A stretch of 63,913 nt of DNA, counting the filler, from Choristocarpus tenellus KU-1152 (lineage: Eukaryota; Protista; Phaeophyceae), in NCBI GenBank assembly GCA_964200185.2. It is 11 parts of 11 records of this genome, joined end to end, with 100 filler letters (N's around TTAATTAATTAA, not from the genome) between each part and the next. Parts side by side here need not be neighbours in the genome. Positions count along the whole stretch, not along the records: positions 38,758 to 50,049 come from CAXNAD020002405.1; positions 50,150 to 54,265 come from CAXNAD020016134.1; 9 more parts are not named here. One strand, 5' to 3'. Of this stretch, positions 39,424-52,354 are shown piece by piece. Position numbers and translations under genes: made by a program. Each line of letters opens with the position of its first letter. Within the stretch, counting starts at the first letter, position 1. Under the pieces are notes generated by a model. It searched no databases. It worked only from the letters and a program-made list of their open reading frames with translations, and was not told the origin of the DNA.

Positions 39424-40102
39424 CTCCAATGATCGGTCTTTCAGATGTGGTCCCTGCCCCCCAGTTCCAAGACCTGGAAGCCCATGCATGGCAGCCATGC
39501 TTCCAGAATTTGCGGCCGCCATTGCTAAAGCCTGCTCATGCATGGCAATAGCGTGAGGGTTTGGGCGGTGGCGCTTGGCAGGAGCGCCCATGGAAGCAGC
39601 CATTCTGGCCTTGTGCGCGTCCTGCATTTGACGGAGATGCTGGGCGACGTCGCGAACGGTCTTCTTCGGTAGTTGAGCGGCGATCCGGATGTAGATTATC
39701 ATATTGCTGAAACGATCCAGCGGATAGTGTCGAAGTCCATCCTCGAGCACCTTCAGCTCATGCTTGTCCCACGGTGACATGCCAACCTTCAAGCTAGTCA
39801 CAGGGGACTTCCCTTGCGCCTCTAACGCCCTACGGACACGTTCGTATACTTCTCTCTTTTGATTCTCTGGGACCCGATCTGGGCTATTAGTCACAGGTGG
39901 ACTACTCGACGACTGGACGGTGGAAAGAGGGGAGGGACGACGAAGGCCGGAACGGGGTCAACGTACAATTCCTCGCAAATTGTTGCCAGTATCGCCACGG
40001 ACGACTCAAAAGTTTGAACAAAGTCGTGTCGAGGTCATAGTAAATCAGTGGAAATAGCAAGTTCATTTGGCCTTTCTCACTCACCCGAGCTCGTGAAGAC
40101 AT
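39424..40102 (-). CDS. SANT/Myb-like domain protein (resembles the N-terminal part of plant DUF3755 proteins), first exons 40102-40085, 39912-39424; 3' end not resolved
   Basis: WDKHELKVLEDGLRHYP...NMIIYIRIAAQLPKKTVRDVA is a SANT/Myb helix-turn-helix. An 18-nt first exon (MSSRAR|gtgagt) joins in phase 0 to ccag|TCG. Confidence 0.8.
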
Positions 40103-40624
40103 TGTGGTAGTCGTCGGGAGTTTGGCGGCGGGGACCTCCGATAGACGAAAAAGTGGTCAGCAGCAGGTCCACAGCCCTCTGCCCATGGGCGGTGGGGCCT
40201 CGTCCAGTAGAGATTACGCTATTTTTAGATTTTAATCTACTCAGTCGACGGGAGAACTTCCAAAGTCACCTACACCAAGGTTCAGGATGGTTTCTTTTAG
40301 TGGCAGGGGAAGGATGGGGGTTGGGTGTCCTTGGCGCGATTGGACTCTTAACAAACAAAAACTGGAAATCGTGGCGGTTCAAAAACTCTCGGTCCAGAGA
40401 CTTACCTACACACACTGTGAATTTCTAACACTTGTCACAGACCCAGATAGGTGTCACCAAGCACGAAGTAGTTTAAAAAGTGGGTTGCGTCCGTGAAAAA
40501 CTGAACTATACCAGTATGCCAGAAACGCCGAAACGCGCGACTAACTAAACTTAACTCGCCCTAACACTAGCAAATATAATAGGTGGGTGTTTTCATGTAA
40601 CAAGGTTTTGACTAAAACTCAGAT
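40103..40624. promoter_or_regulatory. Probable bidirectional promoter and 5' UTRs between divergent SANT/Myb and STK19 genes
   Basis: Only 522 bp separate the two divergent ATGs. Confidence 0.5.
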
Positions 40625-43600
40625 ATGCAAGGTATTAAAGGACCCAAATCCTCCTTTGGTTTGGGATCTGGGAAGAAGCGTGGTTTGGATTCTTTGAATG
40701 AGTCTGTGCGAGGTATGGCACGTTGCGACGATGAACACCCAACACTACAACCTCAGTCCCTTGGCCAAGGTGAAGGTGTTCCTGTTAGAGATCTTGATTA
40801 CAGTGATGGGTGGGACTTTGAAAGTGATGAAGACTTCGATTGCGGTTCTATTCCAAGCGATACTTTCGCAGCAATGCTGTCCCTTAGACGGGAATTCTAT
40901 GGCACCAAGCAGGTGACCGGAGGAGAAGACGCTCGTACGGGGGTGGTCCTTCAACACCAGATGTGAGTGTTAAACGCGATAAGAGTGGAAATCATGCTGA
41001 AGAAGTGGGGCGACTTGAAGGACTGTGTTGTGGTTATCTAGCCCTTACGCACCTTGCCTGGGAGCTTCTGCTCCTCCCAACGTTCTCACGACATTAAACC
41101 TTCGCTTCGGCGCCCGTTCAGCTATACAGTGTTAGGCAATAGGACCGCAGTGGACCTTGAACTTACGGATATGCGGAGCAATAGCACAGTCCGACTTTTT
41201 CGTCTCAATACCGGCAAGGACGACTACGGGGTAATGGGCACGGAACAGTACCACAAACTGGTAAGAAGGTGGATGGGTTTCGAGACCCCACAACCCATCG
41301 TGCAGAAGATTACTGGCGCTGATTCCAACCGCTGTTCCCCAGTTTGCGTATCAGGGTATCAGTCTCGTGGGTATCATATCTGACATTAGTATACAGATTG
41401 CATTCCGCGTCGTGGGATGAGTGATGACATTAGTGGTTAATACAACACATTACAATGCAAGGTCCTACTCTCACCACGACGAAGAAGACCAGTCAACATT
41501 GACAACGTATCTTTTGTCTACTCAAATTGTGGCCAGATTACTAAGGTACTAGGCCAGTCACTGCTGTCGCCTCCAAATGGAGGTACCCTAGTGGACCAGG
41601 CAGGATGTGGGAAGGTCACTGTTAAGGAACAGGTTTCCTTACCAGTTGGAGATATTTTACGGGCGATACTCAAGTCCAACACCAAGTCTTACGCAGAGAG
41701 AGGCGAGGTAGTCAAAGCAATTGAACAGGTGCTCCACCAGTTGCAGGTCAAAAGAATTGGAGAAGTGTCGAACAAAGGCTTACTTGGGGAGAAGTGTGGG
41801 CTGTCAGGGGGCAAGTCATGCGGGAGGGTGCAACAGAAGCGTTTGAAGCTAGCTAGAGATCAAGAAGAACCAACCAATGTCAAACAGGCAAATGAAAGTG
41901 TAGCAGCAGTGCTAAGGTGAGAAGAAGGTATCCCACAGGTGTCAATTTGCAATTTGGTTTATTTTAGGCCATGTGGATTGGATATTTTATTACTTGTGAA
42001 AGTGTTTCCTTGTGGAGGTGCAGTGTCCCTGCAAATTGGGCATAGGCTATTGACCAATGTAAGATGTAATGTGTCAACCCTGAATGCTGACCCTTTCATT
42101 CACTATGCAAAATTCTTTATTTTGGTATGTCTCATTCTTGGCTTTCGATTCAACAGAAGGCAAGTGGCTAAGTTCAACCTACCAAACTACAATTTTTTGT
42201 GTCTCACACCTCCAAACTGTTACACCAAATAGCTCATACTTGCATGTGCACCTGTGACATAAATATTCACTGGTTACAATAATCCGGCACTCTCGACTAG
42301 CTCTTCACTACAGTAGTAGCAACATGCTCTATTTAGCATTTGTGCAATAACATCAGGCTACTATCCTTCTCGTAAGCCTGCATCTCAAAGCCGGTCAAGG
42401 ACAAAAGTGCAGTTATTATTGCTTATTCTGGGAAAGATAACTGATTATTTAACGGTGCTAAAGTCCTTGGAGGGTTCTTAATAAGTCAATATAGGTAGGA
42501 TCATAGATTTATCCTGATCTTGCCCCCAAATACCTTCGAATTATAACAACAGATTGCACTTTTTTTCTGCAATAGACAATCAAGGTCAACATCAAGAAGA
42601 AATCGAATTTTTGTAAACAGGTAGTTTGATGTATGTGTGATTTAATGTGTCGTATCATCTGTATTTTATAGTATTTGGTTCTTAGTGGATCAAGTGACAA
42701 ATTTGTGTTTGAATGTCTTGTCCTCAGCGAATGGGGACCTTTATTGATTTGATATACTAGCACCAATTTGATAGAGTGTAGCCCACATCTGACGAAGTCT
42801 CCGGGAGTCCAATTGAACCACCACAGGCTTCTGGGATTAACCCTTCAACATATTGCTGCTCCATTGTCCTGCATGATGATGGTCCTTGGACACCCAACAG
42901 CAAGCACTGCTCTTGTTTCTCATACAGAGCAATAGCTGGAGTCCTTGAAACTCAAAGGAATGAATTTTGCTGGATCACTATTGTATGACTAATGTGTTCC
43001 TCTGAACAAGACTGCGCATGAGATGCCATGAATGAACCTCAGTCCGCAGTCTGAATGTCTGCAGTGAATTTACACTGATACTTCCTCCCGGGATACAGTG
43101 AGCTTGTACGTGCCGGCTTCCTTCTGCCACGGAGAGATGTTGGACATGAGGAAGCCTATTGGTTCTTCTTCCCAAAGGTGTTTTTCTGTCTTTTTTTTGT
43201 TATCATACCTACTAATAATCTTAGTGTTTGTATTAGCACCACCACCTAGCTATAGCCCTAACCCTATCCATTTGTGTGAAATGTACGGTGTATTTTCTTC
43301 CTGTCCCAAAACGAAAGCACCTTGAGCGCCTCCAATAATACTTCAACACGTCAGGATTTTCTGTCCAGCACTTGTGGATCTTCAGAATATGATTCCTGGC
43401 TCAAAGATAAAGAGATGCCACAATTACAGTGCAGGAATGATGATTGTTATCATTGCTAATGACCCTGTGCCAGTGTCATGAAATGCTTCTCTCACACCTT
43501 GGACATATTCATCAATGTGGGTTCTCGTTGTCAAAGCAGAACTATGATCCATCCAGAAGATGTAGAGTGTAGCCCCTGAATGTAGACTCTGTTCTATTAT

Positions 43601-44253
43601 TTATAGCAAACAATGTGATGCGAAGACAACTTTCATAGGGGTTAGGACCATAGTGTGCTGTCATGTACCTTCCATGCTTCCACACCTCGTCACTCTGTTG
43701 ATGAAATAGTGTTCAAACCTGCAAAGGTTGCCATCGTTGATTGTGCTGTCAATCCCATTACTAGCTTCAGAAGTGCCCCAAGTATTGTATGACAGAGGCG
43801 TAGGTGTTTGAGAGACACCCCTTGTTGAATCCCCTGCCTCGTGTCACTTACCAACCATGTTCTACACCACATGCATACAAAATGTGTCACTAACGTAACA
43901 GTTTTCATTAAACTACTCATGTAGGGTACACGTGTTACTTCTTTCTTTTTGGAAATGTTACTATTGCTATGTACTTTATTGTTGATGTGTCTCATTGAGG
44001 GTTTGTTGCTACTATTGCCCTGCCCGCCTTCTTGAAGATGGGTAAGTTTGTCACCAGTGTGCGCCATGGAAGGATTGAGGTACTGGCTGCACTAAGAAGA
44101 ACACAATACAAGGAGATGCGAAGAGATTCACTGGAAAAACGAAAGCTAGCAAAATCAGGCCTACCGCTGAGCTTCCATATCCGGGACCTACTGGGATTGG
44201 ACCTAGTGAGAGAATTGGATACTCCCGCTGGGAAGTTCATTCGATTGGTCTGA
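40625..44253 (+). CDS. STK19: STK19 homologue (winged-helix DNA repair factor), complete 5-exon model: 40625-40962, 41122-41260, 41537-41916, 43099-43177, 44038-44253
   Basis: Phase-consistent GT-AG exons give SDTFAAMLSLRREF, VVLQHQIYTVLGNRTAVDLEL...VRLFRLNTGKDDYGVM, ELVRAGFL..RD...YWFFFPKMGKFV...GR.EVL..LRRTQYKE and FHIRDLLG...DTPAGKFIRL*. These follow the STK19 family along its length. Confidence 0.88.
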
Positions 44254-44835
44254 ATGTGACTGTGTCTAGTTAATGTTCTAGTTAGATGATGTTAATTTGA
44301 GGGGATGTGTTGCTCTTAGAGGAGGCGAGGGATGTTTGTCCTTATTAATTTATTTAGAAGGTGTGAAGTGTGTTATTTGTTGAGTACTTTAAACTGAGAC
44401 TTGAGGTTGTAGTGGAGATGGAGATAGAGGTGTGAGTTGTCCCCTGATACAAAGCTTTGGGCAGTGATGCCTGCTCCTCCAGAATTGTTTCTGTGTTCGC
44501 CCATGGTGGTTTGATGTGATTGATGGGGATACAATACGTAAAGTGGGGAGGCAGAAGCATATATATTTTATTGTGTGCATTTGACCAACCCAGGGCCACC
44601 TTATCTGTATTCCAGTACTGTGTGAAGAGTGACCAGGACAGGTGATGTGGGACTCCTGAGGTATGGTAAGGACCATCCAACTCTCGATCACTGTTGAGTC
44701 TGTGTCCCACTCCAAGGTGAGGTTGTATATCATATATTCTTTTGTAGTGCTATTGAGAGGTGTGGGAGAGAGGCAAATTGTCTTCAATGTGTGATCTTGC
44801 TACTTTTTTCATCAGGGCGGGCTATTGTGAAGGGA

Positions 44836-45068
44836 AAAGTCCGTGGTTGGACTGATTCCGATATTTTCTGACCTGTCCAAATTAGGTCCAAGTGCCAAGC
44901 ACTAGAACCTGTCCAACCCACAGACCAGACAGGTTCCAATATTTCTGAGGTGTCTGGACCACTTCCACCAAGTATTGGAGTGGAGCTGGTCTGTGGGGGG
45001 GACAGGTTCAAGTGTTTTGTGACATGTCCAGAGCCAGACCGTCACATAATTTATCCAGTCAGGACTTT
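44836..45068. repeat. Degenerate palindromic (foldback) element downstream of STK19
   Basis: gaacctgtcc...cccacagaccag (~44906-44930) pairs with ctggtctgtggg...ggacaggttc (~44986-45009). The outer ends aaagtcc / ggacttt also pair. Confidence 0.55.
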
Positions 45069-47658
45069 GGACCAGCCTTTGGCTGCATTAGAACATTGGT
45101 GATGCAAGGACAACTGCTCCGATTTCAATTGTATTTAGCACAATGATCAGTGAGAAGGTAGCTGAAGGGGCGTGTCCATAATATGTTTATTCCCACGTGC
45201 ATTTGGGATTATCTAGGACATATTTTGACCAGGTTGATGTTTAAAAAAGAAATCTATGTCTGAATACATTTGTATCCATGGCTTTCAACTACTTCAGTAT
45301 AGCCAGGGCCAGCGTCAGATCATTACCAACATATTGTGAGAAGGTCGGTCCATGGTAGTCAACTGTTTCAACATGACCAGGTTGCAGGGTAGCAAGGAGG
45401 ATATTGTGGCAATACTCTCAGAATCGTGTGCAGGTGCTTTCGCCACAATTTCCAACAAGTGTTGGATGTTTCATTTTTGAGGTATAGTGTAATTTTTTTT
45501 GTTAGTCATGTGCCCATTTCCATCCAATACAGGTTTGTTTAGCCAAGATCGCAGATTTTCAGTTGGAAGATACTCTTATTAATACACAATAGTGATGGTG
45601 GAAAATTGCAAGGACTTGAATTTATGATGAGGACACTCGATAACATCCTTGAGGGTCATGTGACCGGTCTAACCCACGCTATTGGGCAGTAAATGGGTTG
45701 GGGCTCCATCTCCTGCACAGCTTCATCTTCAGACACCAAACAAGGTTCTCAATATGAACTGAACATACTGCCATCTATGACTTCACTCAGGGAGAGGGCC
45801 AAGGTGGAAATACATAGCTAGGGAGATACCGCTTGCCTTATGTTAGAAAGGGGAATTCCAAGGGACCCCTGAGAAAATTCTAGGCAACAGGCTGGAGCCT
45901 TGTTCCTAGGATTGGCGTAACCTTGGTCATGAAAGTGTATGGCCCTAGCTCATACATGTAACCACTGACAATGGTAATGAGGATTGTCCTACTACCCTAC
46001 CCTGCAGGATGTCTGATTGTTCTTGTGAGTGTCATTCATGTCATACAAAATATATTTGTGACTATTAAAAAAATGAGGACTTCCAGTCCAATGAGTTGAG
46101 CCAGTAAGATAAAGGTGTATGTATGTGAGTGGCCACAAGGATCTAGCTCAACCAATACTTCAAGCCATCCATTTATCATCTTACTAGTGACATGCAAAAT
46201 CTGTGCCTACATACCTACCTGTCAAACAAAATCTGATACTAATTCAATGCACATCATTGATATTGAGCAAATGTGAATCTCTGTCTGCTATCACATTGGA
46301 CTACTTGGAGATGTAAGCGCATCTCATCCTCAAATCAATAGGATGTATTGCTATTACTAGGGTCCATCCCAAGTACCATGGCACTAGAGTGTCACCTTAC
46401 AAATATTTGGTCCACAAGCTCTGATGCACTGCTAACACAAGAGTGACTGGACTTTGTGCAGTACAGAGACTTATGCAGGGACCTGCTCCTTTCTAAGCAC
46501 ACGGCATATGTTGCCTTCACCACACACTGCAAATATACAGCATGCTCTCACATGTTACTGATGTTGAAAACAAGGAAGCCTGGATGTCTCTGTTCAGGGA
46601 TTTGTTCACAAAAAAAGGTGAATCAATGGATGAATGTTTATTAAGTAAATATAAATAAAATGTATCCTAGACAAAAAACAGAACGAGAGGCGTTCACACT
46701 ACTATACTTGTACCCCCCAGGCTATAAAAATAAAAGTCTCATACTGCATAGTGGCTGTGATCCTCTTTGGTGATTTATAGCACATCTGCCACATATACTT
46801 GAAACATGTGAAATGGGTGGGAACAATAGGTATTGTATGTGTCCACCTGCTGGCAGGCTTCATACATTGACACACACCAATTCTCCACACTACTACATGA
46901 GAGGTGACTAAACATCATGAAACATGCATGGTCACTAGGGGAATTCTCATTGGAAGCATTATCAAAACAATCCCTTCAGTCAGCTTGAGTCGACAATCAC
47001 TATGATACAATCGATCAACAAAGCAGGGGGATTGAAAGGAATAAAATCATCCAGATAGGTGTGGCCATCAATGGCAGTTTCACACGAAAACACCAGCTGT
47101 TTTCTCTCCACAAAAAAATCAACATGATACATTGGCACCATGACTTTCATGCCCTGCTCGGCAACACACAATTGTACTAAATCAAAAAATCAATTCTGCA
47201 ACATTGATTTTTTCATGTAAACTATTTTTTCTTGTCCCCTCTGGGACAAAACTGGGTCCTCAAACCCCATTCAAATGGAACATATACTTACTGAAATGTT
47301 GACAGCTTTGCACTGGAGCTGGTAGCAGGGAATATCAGTGCACTCTACCTCAACCACCATACTGCAAACTCACTGGTATACACAATGTAGGGCAACCTAA
47401 TCAACCTGTACCATTCTTTGTTTGCACACAACATTGAATTAGTCCCCTTCTAAAACAAATTCAAGCACATACATTTCTCGCCATACCTCCCCTCTCTCTT
47501 CTCCTTGTCATCCCACAACAATAAGGTGGTCACTTGCTAAATGCACAACTAGTACCCCTTGGTTAACCACACCTTCTTAGTTTTGCGAAAACAATTCAAG
47601 CATCTACACATCACTAGATATCAAGAGTCAATACAGCACTTCATACAGTCCATATAAT

Positions 47659-48826
47659 TCATACAGTTGACCCATAGGTCCTTGTTTGTGGCTTCACTCC
47701 TTCACAACCCCCTGCATCTGCAGCGGAGTCCCATGACAGCTTGTGCTCCGATACCATTATGTCTTCGGGATACGCCTGGTACAATGAGATTTTTGCATTT
47801 TTTTTTTAATGATACTTTGAGGGGGGAGTATCCAATTATGTTTCAACTGCCAGTGAGTATATTACTAGTATGCATCAGGCATGTAACTGGAGGACAAGGG
47901 GGGATAGGTAAAGGGGAAATCTTTGCAACAACAATATGGCACAACATGCTTGTAATACATCTTGAATCTCATAAAAGACTGCACTCTAAAAAGTACACAC
48001 TATTATAATTGATTATTAGTAGCACAAGATCAGACCTCAAGAAAAATAACCTCCGATTCTTACAATTATCTCAAGTTGGATGAAGGGAAAAAACTTCATA
48101 AATAATGGGTGAAGGATGAAAATATAAAACAATTCAGCAACGATTTCTTTGTCACTAAACCCTTCACTTCACTTCAGGAAACAAAATATTATCCAAGATG
48201 TTGCACAGCATGAAAAAAGGACAGATCAGAATCGAGATGACTGGCACTATATATGTGTGTATCAAATGATGAGCAGTAGAATGTTCATTGGTCTAGGATG
48301 TGTAATGCACGAGAACGAATCATTCATTGTGGCTTAACAAACATACACAAGTACACTTCAATTATGTTCACGGTGGGAACAAGACCTTTCTTCCTCTCCA
48401 CTACAGTCAAGTTCAATCAAAACAAGCACTACAGCAAACAGTATCAACCCTAAACACGCCAAGCATGAAATAGAAAAGCATAAGTGCAGGAGTGCCATGG
48501 CCACAGAGAGCAAGGTAGTGTTGAGGCACCATATAACATTATAATCCACAAAACAGTGAACAAGACACCACCAAGCTGCAATGTCTACTCAAACCTATCA
48601 ATAGAACCAGAACCCTTGTAAGAATGGTGCTTACCAACAACTTGTGACCTTGCAAAGTCCCAAAGAAGGTCAACTCATTCATCCCTCCTCCCTCACCCCT
48701 CCTCACCTCAAAAACATTTCCTTCCAAGAGGCGCAAGGCAATCTTTGAGTATGGGTGATCAAGGTGGTCACACACTATTCGTGCAATGACAATCAGCGGC
48801 ACTGCGAGGACCATTCCTGGAATACC
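47659..48826 (-). CDS. AI-2E (UPF0118/TqsA/PerM) family membrane transporter, last exons: 48826-48707 and probably 47775-47659
   Basis: GIPGMVLAVPLIVIARIVCDHLDHPYSKIALRLLEG is the typical AI-2E C-terminal motif. A phase-0 terminal exon AYPEDIM...YGSTV* follows. Upstream exons appear to lie beyond the contig. Confidence 0.72.
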
Positions 48827-50049
48827 CTGTTTTCAATGTTGTCATGAGTAAGAAATCTCTTGAGACATTGAGATACCATTATTCTGATTGAGTATGAAAT
48901 ATCAAAAATTGACAGCAAACAAACGACAAATGTAACTGGCATGACTTTGTGCTTATGTGTTGGGTGACAGGGGACCAACAAGAATGCATGTATTGTCACA
49001 ATTCACAATTCACAGAGGTCAATGGGAGCAAAGGGAAAAGGGGTGTAGGTGAGTGTATAGTAGGCGAGTGCTATTAACACTGAAAATTTACAGAGCACAA
49101 ACCAGTCAAATACATTTGGGTATGTAGGTACTTTGCCAGTAAACCAGTGGTTGAACCCAGCTCTACAACTACAACTACCTCTCAGGAGCATTGACCTGCA
49201 TCATTCCACCAATTGAGAGCATCAATCCTACTCTGGTACTTGTACCTTGCACATACAACACATACAACACATACAACACATACAACCTGCTAGACCAAAC
49301 AAATATGATACATGCCACTACATTTTACCCTAGGATAGCTTCCTAGAACAGGGTTGCCTGATACTACTCCCCAAAGTGTGGCCAATTCCACAAATTGTAA
49401 ATACTGTAATAAAATCAAGTATTGTGTTACATATATATGATGTACACATAAGTATACCTACCCTCTGAAAATGCCAAAAGACGGAATGAGTTCACAGCAT
49501 GTGTGGTGTGGTCCATGTGTCCACCAAAGTGTCCACGCACAAGTGTACTAACATCTGTATGGTAACATCTATTGGATAGTGCCAATTGTCTACAAGTGTG
49601 AGCCACAAGAGTCCCACCGGCCACGCTATGGTTTGAACCAACACAGTGAACGTTTTCCAAATTCCACAGTGAAAGTTCCTCCTAGGTCTGGAAGATTTCA
49701 TGTTTAGGAAACATTCAACCAGTCCATCAGCGCACGGCCTGGTGGGGCTCTTGCAGCTCAAACTCAGAGTACATTGAACCATCATCTAATCAACAGTGTT
49801 GGGGTTCCAGTACAGTAATATACCTAACATTCCGTGTAGATAAAGGACCAAAATATTACTCTGTGTGTATGTGCTATACTTGAACTAGTACTGTGTGGAG
49901 ATGTCTTGTTCATCGTAACCTTTGCTCATAGCCTTGTCTAGGGTTAGGGTTACTGTGATGAAGGGTTATGACAGTCTTGCTTAGTGCAACAAAGCATGTT
50001 GGTTGCACCGACCAAGGGCGGGGGGAGCAGCCAGGGGGAGGGGAGGGGG

Positions 50050-50149
50050 NNNNNNNNNNNNNNNNNNNNNNNNNNNNNNNNNNNNNNNNNNNNTTAATTA
50101 ATTAANNNNNNNNNNNNNNNNNNNNNNNNNNNNNNNNNNNNNNNNNNNN
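50050..50149. other. Artificial contig linker
   Basis: Same spacer. Confidence 0.99.
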
Positions 50150-50711
50150 GGGGGTTTTGCGGGGGGGGGGGGGGGGGGGGGGGAGTAGGCGGGGGGGGGG
50201 GGGCTATTGGGAGTGAGCTGAGGCTTGGCCTTTTTTTGTTGCGTTCGTGATTGGTACTGTTAGGAAGGCGTTTGGTGCTGGACTATGTGCTCTGCTTTAT
50301 GAGACTACCTTGACAGAAGTTCTATGGGTGTTTCATTTGTGGTTTATTTTTGCTGTAATGGGAAGGATCTTTTTGATTGGGATAGGAGTGACTGCAGGTA
50401 GTAATGGGAAATGATGTAAGGTTACAGGGTGGTATGTGGTGGAGATAGTGCATACCCTAGTTGAGAACATGAGGTCTTGAGTATAGTGGGTTCTGGTGAG
50501 TGCAAGGGCGATGATTTTGTAGAGAGTTTTGTTATTTGAATCTCTTCATTGACTCTGCTATTGAGTGCCCAATTACCATCCTCTGTGTGTTTTCATGCAA
50601 AGGATGGGTGTCACATCTCTTTCAAAAGAAGAAATGGTTTTGTTTGAGCCAGGATCCACTGGTGAAATTGACGTGTGTGTGTGTCTGTGTCTTGTTGGTG
50701 GTTGTGGGCAG

Positions 50712-52354
50712 TTACGTGCTCATGTACTTCATCAGGGGCAGCCTACCCTGGCAGGGGCTGAAGGCCAACACCAAGAAGCAAAAGTATGAACGCATTATGG
50801 ACAGGAAGATGAGCACTTCTACAGAACAGCTGTGCAAGGGGTACCCATGTGAGGAGTCGTTGGATATTCAATCGCCCTACAATCGATTGTTGTGGATGAA
50901 AGGTTTTGTTGATCAGAACTTATGCAAGGTGGAGTGGGTACATAACATCCCTCTGTGAACCTTGCCCTTGAGGTGCTTTTGGGAACGCCTGATAGACTGT
51001 TGTAGAGTAGTTAAGGGCTGCAAAGTTTCCCCTGGATTGAAAGTCACAAAGATTGGCATGTCTTCTCGATCAATTCTCAATCAAGGTGAAAGTCTTTGGG
51101 TTGTGAACAGCTGCATTTTACTGTCGTTGTCACCCACCGTTTATTGTTCCGACTGATGATGTCAAAATATGACTAGATGGACAACTGGGGATTGATGTTG
51201 ACCCTTTAAGTCCCACATTACTGCTCTTCATCAAGCAGACCGTTGAATTTATGTATTTATGTATGTATGTATGTATATATATGTATTTATGTATGTATTT
51301 ATGTATGTATGTATGTATCTTAACTGGGTGCGAGTGTGCCCTATTTTTTAACATTTTCCAACGGGCTTGACTTGACTGTCCTTGCTGTGTCCATTTTTTA
51401 TGTTCCTCTTGTTGAACCTCTTGTTGAACCTTTCAGCTGAGTTCCGTTCGTACTTTGAGTATTGTCGGTCACTCCGCTTTGAAGACCGCCCAGACTACGC
51501 CTACTTGAAGGTGAGGACAGATGAGATCTGAGAGGGTTTTGCTTGAGAATTGGTAAGGATTTTGACGGCCGGGTTGGGTAGAATTTATTTTTGCTGGTAG
51601 ATGATAGGCTGGGTAGTTTTTTCTTATTTTTTGTTCTTATTTTATGTTGGGATGCGGTTGATTTAAGCATAGTTTCCATATTTAGCCGTGGCTAGAGCTG
51701 AGGGGTGTTTTGGGCGATTTTTTCAATTGTTTTGGGGAGGGGGGTCTATCTAATTCAGATGATATATATGCTGTTTATGAGGTTTGAGGGAATTGTCATG
51801 TATCAGTAGCCTTTGGTCTGAACTTCCTTTTGCAGAAGGCAACTGGAACGTGAATAATGGTGCTTGCTGTTGTGGTTGTTGACAAGGTTTTGTTCTTGTT
51901 TTAGTTTGGAATCAGGCGCATTGCAATCTCAACAGACTTGCATATTGTCCTCTGTACAGCAGCACACTGGCTCTATCTAATTTCCTCATTGAATTTCTGT
52001 CTATGCCTGATTCGTTTATTGTTTGGGGTCTGACATGACACTTGGTCGTTTGGGAGAATTGAGTATGTTCATAGCTATCACTGTAAATAAACCCTTCTCT
52101 TTTCCCGTACCTTTTCCCGTACCTTTAGTTGTACCTTTAGTTGTACAGGAGTGCTCTTCGATGTCCATTTCATCGGACCTCTCTTGTGAGACTATTCTTG
52201 TTGGACATATTCCTACTCCACTTCTTCACTCCTCTGTGTTTTTGTTGTGTTGGTGTATATCATGTATGTGATCTGTCAGCGTTTGTTCAAGGAGCTCTTC
52301 TACCGAAAGGGCTTCCAATACGACAACATGTTTGATTGGACTGTGCTTAACCTG
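50712..52354 (+). CDS. CK1: Casein kinase 1, internal exons 50712-50848, 51437-51510, 52280-52354
   Basis: [59 protein letters not shown] and [21 protein letters not shown] are diagnostic CK1 C-lobe sequences, joined in phase. Confidence 0.96.

Noticed and set aside
45300-45480. Possible hAT dimerisation-domain relic on the minus strand
   Set aside because: It needs frameshifts and lacks a clear ERxFS motif. Too weak to call.
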